NCBI GenBank assembly: GCA_963768215.1 | Contig: CAVYHW010000111.1 | Coordinates: 1-62,972, forward strand | DNA length: 62,972 nucleotides | From: an uncultured Gammaproteobacteria bacterium | Lineage (GTDB): Bacteria; Pseudomonadota; Gammaproteobacteria; SZUA-229 | Direction of reading: 5' to 3' | Shown here: one piece after another, positions 30,401 through 38,509 of the stretch | How the letters are laid out: every line of letters starts with the position of its first letter | How positions within the stretch are numbered: the first letter of the stretch is position 1 | The notes under the pieces: model-generated | Seen by the model: the letters and a program-made list of their open reading frames with translations, nothing else | The model's database searches: none | What the model was told of the DNA's origin: nothing | Position numbers and translations under genes: made by a program

Positions 30401-31839
30401 AGAATGGTCGGATTACCCACCTCGCGAACAGCATCAACTGCGTCTGCCAGTGTGGTTCGACCTTTTATTAACCAGTGCCGGAAGATATTTTCCACCACCA
30501 CTGTTGCATCATCTACCAGAATACCGATAGAGAAAATCAATGCAAACATACTCACACGGTCAATGGTGTAATCCACTACCCATGCCCACCAGATAGTAAT
30601 CAGAATAACCACCGGAATGACCGTCACCACCACAAAAGCAGCACGGAAGCCTAGACCGATTAAACACAGAATCGCCACAGCTGCAGTCGCCTCGAACATC
30701 GCCCTGAGCAATTCATTTACTTTATCGTTAGCGGTTCTGCCGTAGTCACGGGTAATTTCCACATGGACATTATCAGGAATGATCGTGCCTTTTAGCTCCT
30801 CCAGTTTCTCCAGAATTGCTTTGGATACTGTTACACCGTTAGAGCCTTCTTTTTTAGCAATGGCAACAGTAATGGCTGGATCACCAGCAGGCGTCTCCTT
30901 ACCTTCATAAGCCGGTCCTGCATAAAAAGAAGATAACTGTTTGGCATCTTCAGGACCATGGAACACTTCCGCGACATCACGCATGAAAATTGGTGAGCCC
31001 TTATTCATCCCCACAACCAGTCGTTCAACGTCAGAGACTGTGCTCAAAAACGAACCCGAATAAACCGTAAAAGAAGTACTGCCTGCCTCGACAGCACCCA
31101 CATTTTTCTGCGTGTTTGCGGCTGTAACAGCACCAGCCACCTGCTGCAGACTTAGCCCGTAACCGGACAGCCGCTCGGGTAACACTTCAACACGAATCTG
31201 GTCAGCACGCCCGGCGACCACAAAACCTTTACCGGTATTTTTAACCTGACCCAACTCCTGCAACACATCGTTACCGAGAATACGCAAGGTGGCATCATCT
31301 ACTTCTTTAGACCATAAGGTAACGGAAACAGTAGGCACATCGTCAATGGCAACCGGTTTAACCAGCGGGCGCAAAACATCCGGCGGGATCATATCCATGT
31401 TAGAACTGATTTTGTCGGTAATCTTAACGATGGATTCTCCCAGCTCCTCTCCAACGTAGAACTGGACGGTAACAATAGTGTTGCCACGTTGTGTGGAGGA
31501 AAAAGTATGGCGAACACCCGGTATCTCATCCATCAGCCTTTCCAGCGGATCAGTCACCAGGCTTTCCACCTGCTCAGCAGACGTGCCAGGATAAGACACG
31601 AAGATATCAATCATGGGCACAGAAATCTGCGGATCTTCCTGCCGCGGTGTGAAGATCAAACCGCTGATACCAATAAGCAGTGTTGCTATCAGCAGCATGG
31701 GTGTAACCGGTGAATTAATAAAGGTTTTTGCTATGTTACCAGCAAGGCCGAGCTCTTCACCGCCAACCGTTGCAACTGGAGGTGTATCACAGCTCAGTTC
31801 TTCATTTTTATCTTTATCTTTATCCAGTTCATTTGTCAT
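27472..31839 (-). CDS. RND permease (AcrB/CusA superfamily) with extra hydrophobic segment and long K(E/Q/K)AAA tail
   Basis: PRQEDPQISVP, GILVDDATVVVENI, RQSILIVEF, RMRPIFITSL; about 360-aa C-terminal extension. Confidence 0.93.
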   Translation of the reverse strand: MTNELDKDKDKNEELSCDTPPVATVGGEELGLAGNIAKTFINSPVTPMLLIATLLIGISGLIFTPRQEDPQISVPMIDIFVSYPGTSAEQVESLVTDPLERLMDEIPGVRHTFSSTQRGNTIVTVQFYVGEELGESIVKITDKISSNMDMIPPDVLRPLVKPVAIDDVPTVSVTLWSKEVDDATLRILGNDVLQELGQVKNTGKGFVVAGRADQIRVEVLPERLSGYGLSLQQVAGAVTAANTQKNVGAVEAGSTSFTVYSGSFLSTVSDVERLVVGMNKGSPIFMRDVAEVFHGPEDAKQLSSFYAGPAYEGKETPAGDPAITVAIAKKEGSNGVTVSKAILEKLEELKGTIIPDNVHVEITRDYGRTANDKVNELLRAMFEATAAVAILCLIGLGFRAAFVVVTVIPVVILITIWWAWVVDYTIDRVSMFALIFSIGILVDDATVVVENIFRHWLIKGRTTLADAVDAVREVGNPTILATFTIIAALLPMGWVSGMMGPYMRPIPVMGASAMFFSLIAAFIFTPWFAVRMRPQLKALEKAERREEKTRKFVAALYRPLIMPLVNSRKLGIIFLISIIAITAMTMLLFYPTQWVAVKMLPFDNKPEFSVIINMPEGTAMPVTANLANELATTINQLPEVEAVQSYAGTAQPFNFNGMVRHYYLRQQPWHGDLLVMLKGKDEREKSSHQIAEAARKMLKPIADKAGARIAVVEMPPGPPVLQTVVAEIHGPDAETRREVAAKMTEFFEQAGGVVDVDNYMTEPSQHWRFEVNREKAIRRGVSVDSINGTLAMAMGGFKLGDVKRASVIEPTYIVIQVPMATRSQVNQLSNLPMVTSDGSIVPLGELGRFILEDEEPIIWHKDLRDVEFVVGEMEGRLGAPIYGMFNVEAFTDEYTTPDGVIMGGMPMNLIGPPNSDLHSGFEWTGEWTVTFETFRDMGLAFMAALVLIYGLIVWEFRDFALAGLIMSPIPLTMIGIVPGHWIHGAEFTATSMIGMIALGGIIVRQSILIVEFVKIEVAKGIPVKEAAVNGAEIRMRPIFITSLTLMAGAFAILDDPIFNGMAISLLWGAGVGTIMAVIVIPLGCISCRENFYYETTDSCERSISSRFAEVEGLEYEQANAAAAVDEYKTPLWMKLYGFIVGLVGWIVVIGQMLFNVLRMLFGMVAGMFGSNDSGPPPSAPPAAPSTPPTSSAPSSQSPSTSPAAPSDPGTSANRTTEEGAATKKATVKKKAAPAPKKKVIAKKVAKKKVVSKANTKEAAAKEAAAKEAAAKKAAAKQAAAKQAAAKQAAAKEAAAKEAAAKEAAAKEAAAKQAAAKEAAAKKAAAKQAAAKEAAAKQAAAKEAAAKEAAAKEAAAKEAAAKEAAAKQAAAKQAAAKKATAKEAAAKEAATKQAAAKEAAAKEAKAKEKSKKEAAKEESTKAPAVKKAVIKKAPSKKYSPGKGKHRGIRLKNEGDV
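27625..28074 (-). repeat. 15-bp coding tandem repeat, ~30 units, K(E/Q/K)AAA
   Basis: Plus-strand unit ttggctgctgctt(c/g/t)t; 24 near-perfect units at 27715-28074 plus 6 degenerate ones. Confidence 0.97.
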
Positions 31840-32054
31840 TTTCTAGCAATCACTCTGTAGTTCAGGCCGTTATTTACCACTCATTATTTATCTCTGCATC
31901 GAGATAAGGGAGTGATAACACACAGGGCAGCCCGTTAATATCAGTTAACCACCTGATTTAATTGTTTATCCAGGTTATTATTTTTTCAGGCCTCTGATAC
32001 CTCTGATAATATATAAATCTTAAAGGCACCTGAAGCGATGATGTTAACCTGTTA

Positions 32055-33212
32055 TTAGTTGCCCCATGGCATGGGTGGTTTTTCTTCATCGGAATTTGTC
32101 AAAATCCTTTCTCCCGGTTCAAGCCCGGAAAGCACGATTACAGTGTCATCACCGATTTCTATACCGGTACGAATCAATCGCAACTTAGGAACATTGTCCT
32201 CGTCAAGCACCCGCACTGAAGGCAAACTACCGCGCTGACTAATAGCAGACTTCGGTATCACCGGCAGCGCTCGAGTTGGTGAATTGATATCAGGAATCAT
32301 GACTTCCGCATACATGCCCGCACCACCGGGAACACCTTCAGGCAGATCAAATTTTACGGTTACCGTATGCTGCTTGTTATCAGCTTCTGGAGCAATCTGC
32401 GCCACGCGTGCATTGACCTGTGTATTGCCAACATCCAGCCTTGCAGGAACGACCATGCCTTTTGCTAAACCCGGCATCAATCGCGCAGGCACGTCCACCT
32501 TTATGCGTAGAAATTTTGAATATGAAAAGACAATCAAAGGTTGCCCAGGCTGTACGGTATCACCTATTTCAACCATTTTTTCCATGATAACGCCGTCAAA
32601 AGGTGCAATCGCTTCAGTATCACGTAATTTAGCATTGATAGCACGTAAGCCTGATTCGGCCTCGGTGATGCGTGAACGCGCCGTAGCAACCTGTGTACCC
32701 TGGGTGGCCAGATCAGCATGTCGCTCAATCCCTTTATTACTACCTGACATGGTATCGCTATCAAAGAAACCATCAAACATGGTAGGCATTGCCATACCGC
32801 CCATTGGACGCGGATTATAAACTCGCGGATTCCATAGTTCACGATTGTACTGGACCTGTGCATTCTGCGCCCCACTTTGCGCCGAAGCCAATTGAGCTTC
32901 AGCAGCTACTTTTTTCGCCCGCAGATCATCGTCATTAATTTTTACCAGCAAAGTACCAGCAGTAAACTGATCTCCCTCTTCACCAGCAATACTGACAACT
33001 CGTCCCGGTATTTGCGCCGCGAGGGTAACTTCTTTAAGCGGGATAACACTGCCGCCCAGGATGACATAACCACCATGCGGAGCAACACTAACGGTAATGA
33101 CATTATCTGCCTGCGCCTGTGCAGACCACCCGGTGAGAAGTGTTAGTGAGATAGATAGGGGGAATTTGATTCGACTAAATATTGACATTCTCAAAGTTAC
33201 CTTCCAGTTCAT
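32055..33212 (-). CDS. RND periplasmic adaptor (membrane fusion protein)
   Basis: VTLAAQIPGRVVSIAGEEGD and APFDGVIMEKMVEIGDTVQPGQPL lipoyl halves, alpha hairpin, VLSGLEPGERI. Confidence 0.92.
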   Translation of the reverse strand: MNWKVTLRMSIFSRIKFPLSISLTLLTGWSAQAQADNVITVSVAPHGGYVILGGSVIPLKEVTLAAQIPGRVVSIAGEEGDQFTAGTLLVKINDDDLRAKKVAAEAQLASAQSGAQNAQVQYNRELWNPRVYNPRPMGGMAMPTMFDGFFDSDTMSGSNKGIERHADLATQGTQVATARSRITEAESGLRAINAKLRDTEAIAPFDGVIMEKMVEIGDTVQPGQPLIVFSYSKFLRIKVDVPARLMPGLAKGMVVPARLDVGNTQVNARVAQIAPEADNKQHTVTVKFDLPEGVPGGAGMYAEVMIPDINSPTRALPVIPKSAISQRGSLPSVRVLDEDNVPKLRLIRTGIEIGDDTVIVLSGLEPGERILTNSDEEKPPMPWGN

Positions 33213-33419
33213 TTACACATTTATCATAGCGTCACCTACCCACAGTTTGGGTGTGATACATTTGGAGTGGAAGATTGCCTCGTGATAAAAATAAAAGCAA
33301 GTACTTTCGACCACTTATGGTTATTTACTAAGCTAACCTTATAAAAATATCACCTATTCCCATGTGAAACAATGCATACCTGACAAAATTACATATATTA
33401 ATGCAACTATAAACAATCC

Positions 33420-34439
33420 TTATGAGTTGCTCCAGTCAAAGGCCAGCACCTGGTCGATACTAATGCTGCCTGTTAATACCATCAATAATCTATCCAGTCC
33501 CATAGCTACACCAGAACAATCAGGCAAACCAGAACTTAATGCAGCAATAAAATTTTCATCAATACGGGCCGCTTCTTTACCGACTTTTTTTCGCTCGTGA
33601 TTTTCTTTTTGAAACCGCTGCAATTGCTCCTTTGCATCCGTTAACTCATTGAAACCATTGGCCAGTTCTATTTCACCAAAAAACAGTTCAAATCGCCTGG
33701 CAACAGGAACCTGCTGTTCATTTGCTGCAACTTTCGCCAGGGCGCACTGCGATGCAGGGTAGTCGAACAAAAAGGTGAAGCCCTGTTTGTTAAACGCAGG
33801 CAATACTAACTGTGTAAGCAACCAGTCCAGCCAGTCATCCACTTCATCATTTGCACCTGAGTTCAGCCCCATGCCCTGGGGTATTTCAATATTATGTTTT
33901 CTGGCAAGCTGATAACATTGTTTTGAATTTGCCTGGTGAGGATCAAAACCGGCAAAGTTTTCAAACGCTTGCTGGTAACTTAAAGATTCAAACTGAGGGT
34001 TATCAGCTGAAAACAGTTTTGAAAAATCACCCTTTGATAAGTGACACAGGTTTTCGACCAGCTCAGCTACCTCTTCCATCAATTGCATCATACCGTAACC
34101 AGGCCGATACCACTCAAGCAGAGTAAATTCCGGATTATGATTTGGGCCCAGCTCATCATCTCGAAAAGCCTTGCAAATTTGATAAATTGGCTGACTGCAA
34201 TCGGCCAACAAGCGCTTCATGGCGTATTCAGGGGATGTATTTAAATAACATATCTGGTCACGAAAACGCGACTGCAAACTGTCCAGGTGGGGATCTGTTG
34301 TCGAATAACTTGACAACAAAGGGGTTTCAACTTCAAGAACATCGCGCGCATCAAAAAAAGCCCGGATGTTTTTCAACATAAGGGCCCTTTCTAATAATAT
34401 TTCATAACTGACCTTCGGCCGCCAGCGCTCTTTAGCCAT
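33420..34439 (-). CDS. epmA: EF-P lysine aminoacylase (GenX/PoxA)
   Basis: LEVETP, YLNTSPEYAMKRLL, HNPEFTLLEWYR, ELANGFNEL, CSGVAMGLDRL; next to efp; ATG at 34439 preferred. Confidence 0.95.
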   Translation of the reverse strand: MAKERWRPKVSYEILLERALMLKNIRAFFDARDVLEVETPLLSSYSTTDPHLDSLQSRFRDQICYLNTSPEYAMKRLLADCSQPIYQICKAFRDDELGPNHNPEFTLLEWYRPGYGMMQLMEEVAELVENLCHLSKGDFSKLFSADNPQFESLSYQQAFENFAGFDPHQANSKQCYQLARKHNIEIPQGMGLNSGANDEVDDWLDWLLTQLVLPAFNKQGFTFLFDYPASQCALAKVAANEQQVPVARRFELFFGEIELANGFNELTDAKEQLQRFQKENHERKKVGKEAARIDENFIAALSSGLPDCSGVAMGLDRLLMVLTGSISIDQVLAFDWSNS

Positions 34440-34462
34440 TAGCAAAAACGTAAAAAAGCATT

Positions 34463-34547
34463 TTGTCCACAGATGAACACAGATGAACACGGATAAAAAT
34501 AATCACGATTTAAAAATCTGTGTTCATCTGTGTTCATCTGTGGATAA
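34463..34547. repeat. Periodic palindromic intergenic element (CACAGATGAA family)
   Basis: tccacagatgaacacagatgaacacggat ... atctgtgttcatctgtgttcatctgtgga. Confidence 0.85.
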
Positions 34548-34570
34548 TTATCAAGCCTGTTTTTTATAAT

Positions 34571-35134
34571 TCAGGCGCGTGACACATATTCACCCGTACG
34601 TGTATCAATTTTCAGGATATCGCCTTCATCGATAAAAAGCGGTACTTTAACCTCACTGCCTGTCTCCAGTGTAGCCGGTTTTGTAGTGCCCTGCGCAGTG
34701 TCTCCTTTTAAACCCGGATCGGTTTGTGCCACTGCCAGCTCAACAAAGTTTGGCGGTGTGATCGATATTGGCGCGCCATCCCATAATACCATCGAGCACA
34801 CTTCCTGACCTTTTATCCATTTAGCTGTATCGCCTACGGCAATGGCGTCTGCGGCATATTGTTCATAACTGGTCGGCTCCATAAAATGCCAGTATTCGCC
34901 ATCAGCGTACAAGTACTCTACGTTCATTTCATCCACATCAGCCGCTTCAACAGATTCTGTCGATTTGAAGGTGCGCTCTAATACTCTTCCGGTTTTCAGG
35001 TTTTTCACCTTGACCCGATTAAATGCCTGCCCCTTTCCCGGTTTCACCACAATATTTTCTATTATTGAACAGGGATCTCCATCTAAAATAATCTTTAAGC
35101 CATTCTTAAACTGGTTTGTGCTGTATGTTGCCAT
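34571..35134 (-). CDS. efp: Elongation factor P
   Basis: [35 protein letters not shown]. Confidence 0.98.
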   Translation of the reverse strand: MATYSTNQFKNGLKIILDGDPCSIIENIVVKPGKGQAFNRVKVKNLKTGRVLERTFKSTESVEAADVDEMNVEYLYADGEYWHFMEPTSYEQYAADAIAVGDTAKWIKGQEVCSMVLWDGAPISITPPNFVELAVAQTDPGLKGDTAQGTTKPATLETGSEVKVPLFIDEGDILKIDTRTGEYVSRA

Positions 35135-35204
35135 GTTAAACTCTTACCTTCTGCGCCAAATAAAATATTGCCGCTATATTACCCTGATTCACCGATAAAC
35201 TTAA

Positions 35205-35495
35205 GGCAACTCTGATTGATTATCATAAATTCTGGCGTTGCCCAGCAACCTGAGTCAAGGCATTGATTTGAAAGCATACTTATTGTATGGTGAAAAGCAA
35301 TAACGCAGAGTCAGGTTGCTGGGCAACGCCCCATAGGGCAGGCTTTCAAGCGCACATCTTCTACGTTATGCTTCTTATGAAGGCACATGATTAACTTTTA
35401 TGGGCATTCATTGCGAAACAAGCCTTGCCAAAATATGATATTTTTGGGTACGCTTGAAAGCCCGCAGAACTTTATGATAATCAATCAGAGTTGCC
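35205..35495. mobile_element. MITE-like non-autonomous element, 291 bp
   Basis: TIRs ggcaactctgattgattatcataaa / tttatgataatcaatcagagttgcc, flanked by TTAA on both sides; internal hairpins 35234-35330 and 35341-35462. Confidence 0.85.
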
Positions 35496-35499
35496 TTAA

Positions 35500-36579
35500 A
35501 TGTCATTACCTGTAGAGTTATTTTCAAAATCAGCCGGATTAGCAGAACCTCCGGCTCCGGCAAACCCTGCCTATGCAACACTGACAGGCGACCCGGAATC
35601 AATATGGAAAAAAGAACTGGCGAATGCAACCAGGTCGGTTGCCGACTTACTTGAGTGGCTTGAGCTTGGTCATTTCATTAAAATAACTGACACCCAGCCT
35701 GATTTTAAATGCCTGGTCACTGACAGCTTCATCGACAAAATGCAGGCTGGCAACATCAACGACCCGCTACTTCAACAAGTTTTACCATTAAACCAGGAAA
35801 CCCATTCAGAGACACAATCCAATGGTACAACCGACCCTGTTGGCGACAATAACGCCCTGGTGTCTCAAGGTCTATTACACAAATATCATGGGCGGGTATT
35901 ACTTATCAGCACCGGTGCCTGCGCCATCCATTGCCGTTACTGTTTTCGTCGCTCTTACCCCTATCAACAGTCATCATGCACCACTAAAGCGCTAAAACAA
36001 GCCCTGGATTATTTGCAAAAACATAGCGAAATTGAAGAGATCATCTTAAGCGGCGGCGACCCCTTAACACTGGACAACGAAAAACTGGCAGGGCTTATCT
36101 CAATGCTGGAAAGCATTAAACATATTCAAACACTTAGAATACACACACGCTTACCTGTTGTTTTACCCAATCGAATCAATAGCGGCCTGCTAGACCTATT
36201 ACAGTCTTCAAGATTTCAGATTGTAATGGTGATTCATGCAAATCATGCCAATGAACTGCAGAATACCGAATCTGAAAAATTACATCTTCTGCACAAAGCC
36301 GGGATAACCCTGTTAAACCAGAGCGTTCTTATTAAAGGTATTAATGATAATGCCGATATTCTAATTGCCCTTAGTAAACGATTATTTCAATGCAAGACTT
36401 TACCCTATTATTTGCATTTACTTGATCCGGCCAGGGGAGCGATGCATTTTAATGTCAGCAAAAAAACCGCCCTTCATCTGAAGTCTCAAATAGAAGAGCA
36501 ACTACCCGGTTACCTGGTCCCCAGACTGGTACAGGAAATTGCTGAAAATAAGGCGAAAACTGCAATTTTGAGTATCTAA
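35500..36579 (+). CDS. epmB: EF-P beta-lysylation protein (lysine 2,3-aminomutase-like radical SAM)
   Basis: LLHKYHGRVLL, CAIHCRYCFRR, ILSGGDPL, RIHTRLP, PYYLHLLD; divergent from efp; exact start uncertain. Confidence 0.93.
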   Translation: MSLPVELFSKSAGLAEPPAPANPAYATLTGDPESIWKKELANATRSVADLLEWLELGHFIKITDTQPDFKCLVTDSFIDKMQAGNINDPLLQQVLPLNQETHSETQSNGTTDPVGDNNALVSQGLLHKYHGRVLLISTGACAIHCRYCFRRSYPYQQSSCTTKALKQALDYLQKHSEIEEIILSGGDPLTLDNEKLAGLISMLESIKHIQTLRIHTRLPVVLPNRINSGLLDLLQSSRFQIVMVIHANHANELQNTESEKLHLLHKAGITLLNQSVLIKGINDNADILIALSKRLFQCKTLPYYLHLLDPARGAMHFNVSKKTALHLKSQIEEQLPGYLVPRLVQEIAENKAKTAILSI

Positions 36580-36684
36580 GCTACAATTAAGGGCATCGGT
36601 AAAAAATTACATATAAACGCCAAGTTATTGTTTTTTATAACGATAAAGAACAGCCAAGTTAGCAGCGGAAAACAACAAAAAACA

Positions 36685-38469
36685 ATGAAACTACATTTAC
36701 CTGGAAAAAATGCACAGCCTGTAGCTTCAACGCTAAGCGACCCTCGTAAATTCAAGGAGTTTATATCTACTCTGTTCGGTAGCGGCACGGACGATCTGAC
36801 AAATCAAATATTTCAGACATTGCATGATATGAACCGGCAGACGTTGCCCGCTAAACATCGTCTGGAAAACCTGGAAATACTGCGTCCACTAACAGCTAAA
36901 ATTCTCAACAACCATAAGAAACATTCTGTAAATCGCACATTGTCGCTAGTTGAAAAGATCCAGAAATTAGACAATCCAGTTCTGTCGGTATTGCCGTCCA
37001 TAGGGCAACCCATAGAGCAACCCATAGAGCAACAATTAATACAGGAAGTAATAGTTGGCTACGAAATTATTGCTGATGAATTTGCCAATAATATCGATAG
37101 CAACAATATCGATAGCAGCGGCGATTCTGATACTCTGCGCACATCAATTTGCAGGGCAATAAATTATCTATCAGAAATGGTGCTGTATTGCAGCGAGGTC
37201 CACAAATCCTGCCCGGAAAATCTTTGGCGTGACGCGCACCAGCTATACGCCTATGCTGAAGACAAAAAGCTTGTCGACGATATCGTCATCGACAAACAAA
37301 GAGATTTAGAAACAACCATTGGAAATAGCTACAAACAAATATTACTGTTCACCCTTGCCCATCCTGCCGCTTTAACACAAAGCGACAGGAAGCGTGTTTT
37401 TAATGAACTTTTTCAATGGTCGCAATATGCAGACATCCAGCGTGAAGCTTCAAAAGACCAGGTTGATCGCGTTTTCAGTATGAGGACCAACGAAGATAGC
37501 GGGCCTCACTACCTAAGTAAAGACGAGCTTGCGGAGAACCTTATTATTCGCACACTGGATACCAGCGAACTGATCTCACATATAAAAACTTTAATTGAAG
37601 AAAGAAAAAAGCAAAAGTATGTCGCTGGTAAAACTCCACCATTAGAAACACTAACGACACTTGTAAGCTACTGGGGCGTAAAGGCGCAACGGCAATTCTC
37701 CCGTAGCGAACGTCGTGAACATGTCAATGTAGCCATTGGTTTATCAAATATCAGAAAAGCCATGCAAAGCTCAATAAATGATTCATGGAACATGCGAGCA
37801 AAAGATCGTATACAAACTGATATTTATGATAAAAATAAACAGCTCATCAATGAAGCACAGTTTAAATTATGCAGACAACGCATAAACTCTCATTGGGCTG
37901 AACAACACTGGTCTGGCTCACATTGGCAGATGGTCAATATTAGTGCGGGTGGTTATTGTCTACGCTGGGATTCTGAAGACACATCACAGGCAAAAATCGG
38001 TGAACTAATCGCGTTACAGGAATTCTATTCAGCAAATAATCTGAAGTGGCATATCGGTATAATTCGATGGATGCAATTCACACAGAAAAACGGTCTGGAA
38101 ATAGGTGTACAGACATTGTCGCCAAAAGCTGTGGCCGCAACTGTACAAAACACCAGCAGTTTAAATGAAACCCCTTATGCATGTTTAATACTACCTGATA
38201 CAAAATCTCTGGCACAAACAGCCAGTATAATTCTGCCTTCTAATATATTTAAAACAAACAATAAACTGGTTGTTCAACTTTCAGATAACATACTCAATAT
38301 AACCCTGAATGAAATTAAAAAACATATGAACTTATACACACTATTCACATATAAAAACACTGAACTGAATCAACAAATAAAGAAACAGATAAATAATGAA
38401 GAACCACAAAAAAACAAGGACGACTTCGACGAACTCAGTTCATCGCTAAAAAAGATTTCTCTCCCATAA
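36685..38469 (+). CDS. fimW: FimW-like c-di-GMP receptor (PilZ-type motifs)
   Basis: RQFSR (RxxxR) and NISAGGYCL motifs, IGIIRW, LEIGVQTLSP; directly upstream of a fimX-like gene. Confidence 0.65.
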   Translation: MKLHLPGKNAQPVASTLSDPRKFKEFISTLFGSGTDDLTNQIFQTLHDMNRQTLPAKHRLENLEILRPLTAKILNNHKKHSVNRTLSLVEKIQKLDNPVLSVLPSIGQPIEQPIEQQLIQEVIVGYEIIADEFANNIDSNNIDSSGDSDTLRTSICRAINYLSEMVLYCSEVHKSCPENLWRDAHQLYAYAEDKKLVDDIVIDKQRDLETTIGNSYKQILLFTLAHPAALTQSDRKRVFNELFQWSQYADIQREASKDQVDRVFSMRTNEDSGPHYLSKDELAENLIIRTLDTSELISHIKTLIEERKKQKYVAGKTPPLETLTTLVSYWGVKAQRQFSRSERREHVNVAIGLSNIRKAMQSSINDSWNMRAKDRIQTDIYDKNKQLINEAQFKLCRQRINSHWAEQHWSGSHWQMVNISAGGYCLRWDSEDTSQAKIGELIALQEFYSANNLKWHIGIIRWMQFTQKNGLEIGVQTLSPKAVAATVQNTSSLNETPYACLILPDTKSLAQTASIILPSNIFKTNNKLVVQLSDNILNITLNEIKKHMNLYTLFTYKNTELNQQIKKQINNEEPQKNKDDFDELSSSLKKISLP

Positions 38470-38509
38470 ACTCATCGGGCACAGGCTTCAAACATCGGGA
38501 ATACCTTAA

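Noticed and set aside
31991-32008. Tandem 9-bp repeat cctctgata and small hairpins between MFP and RND
   Set aside because: Too short to distinguish from chance; no recognisable RNA family
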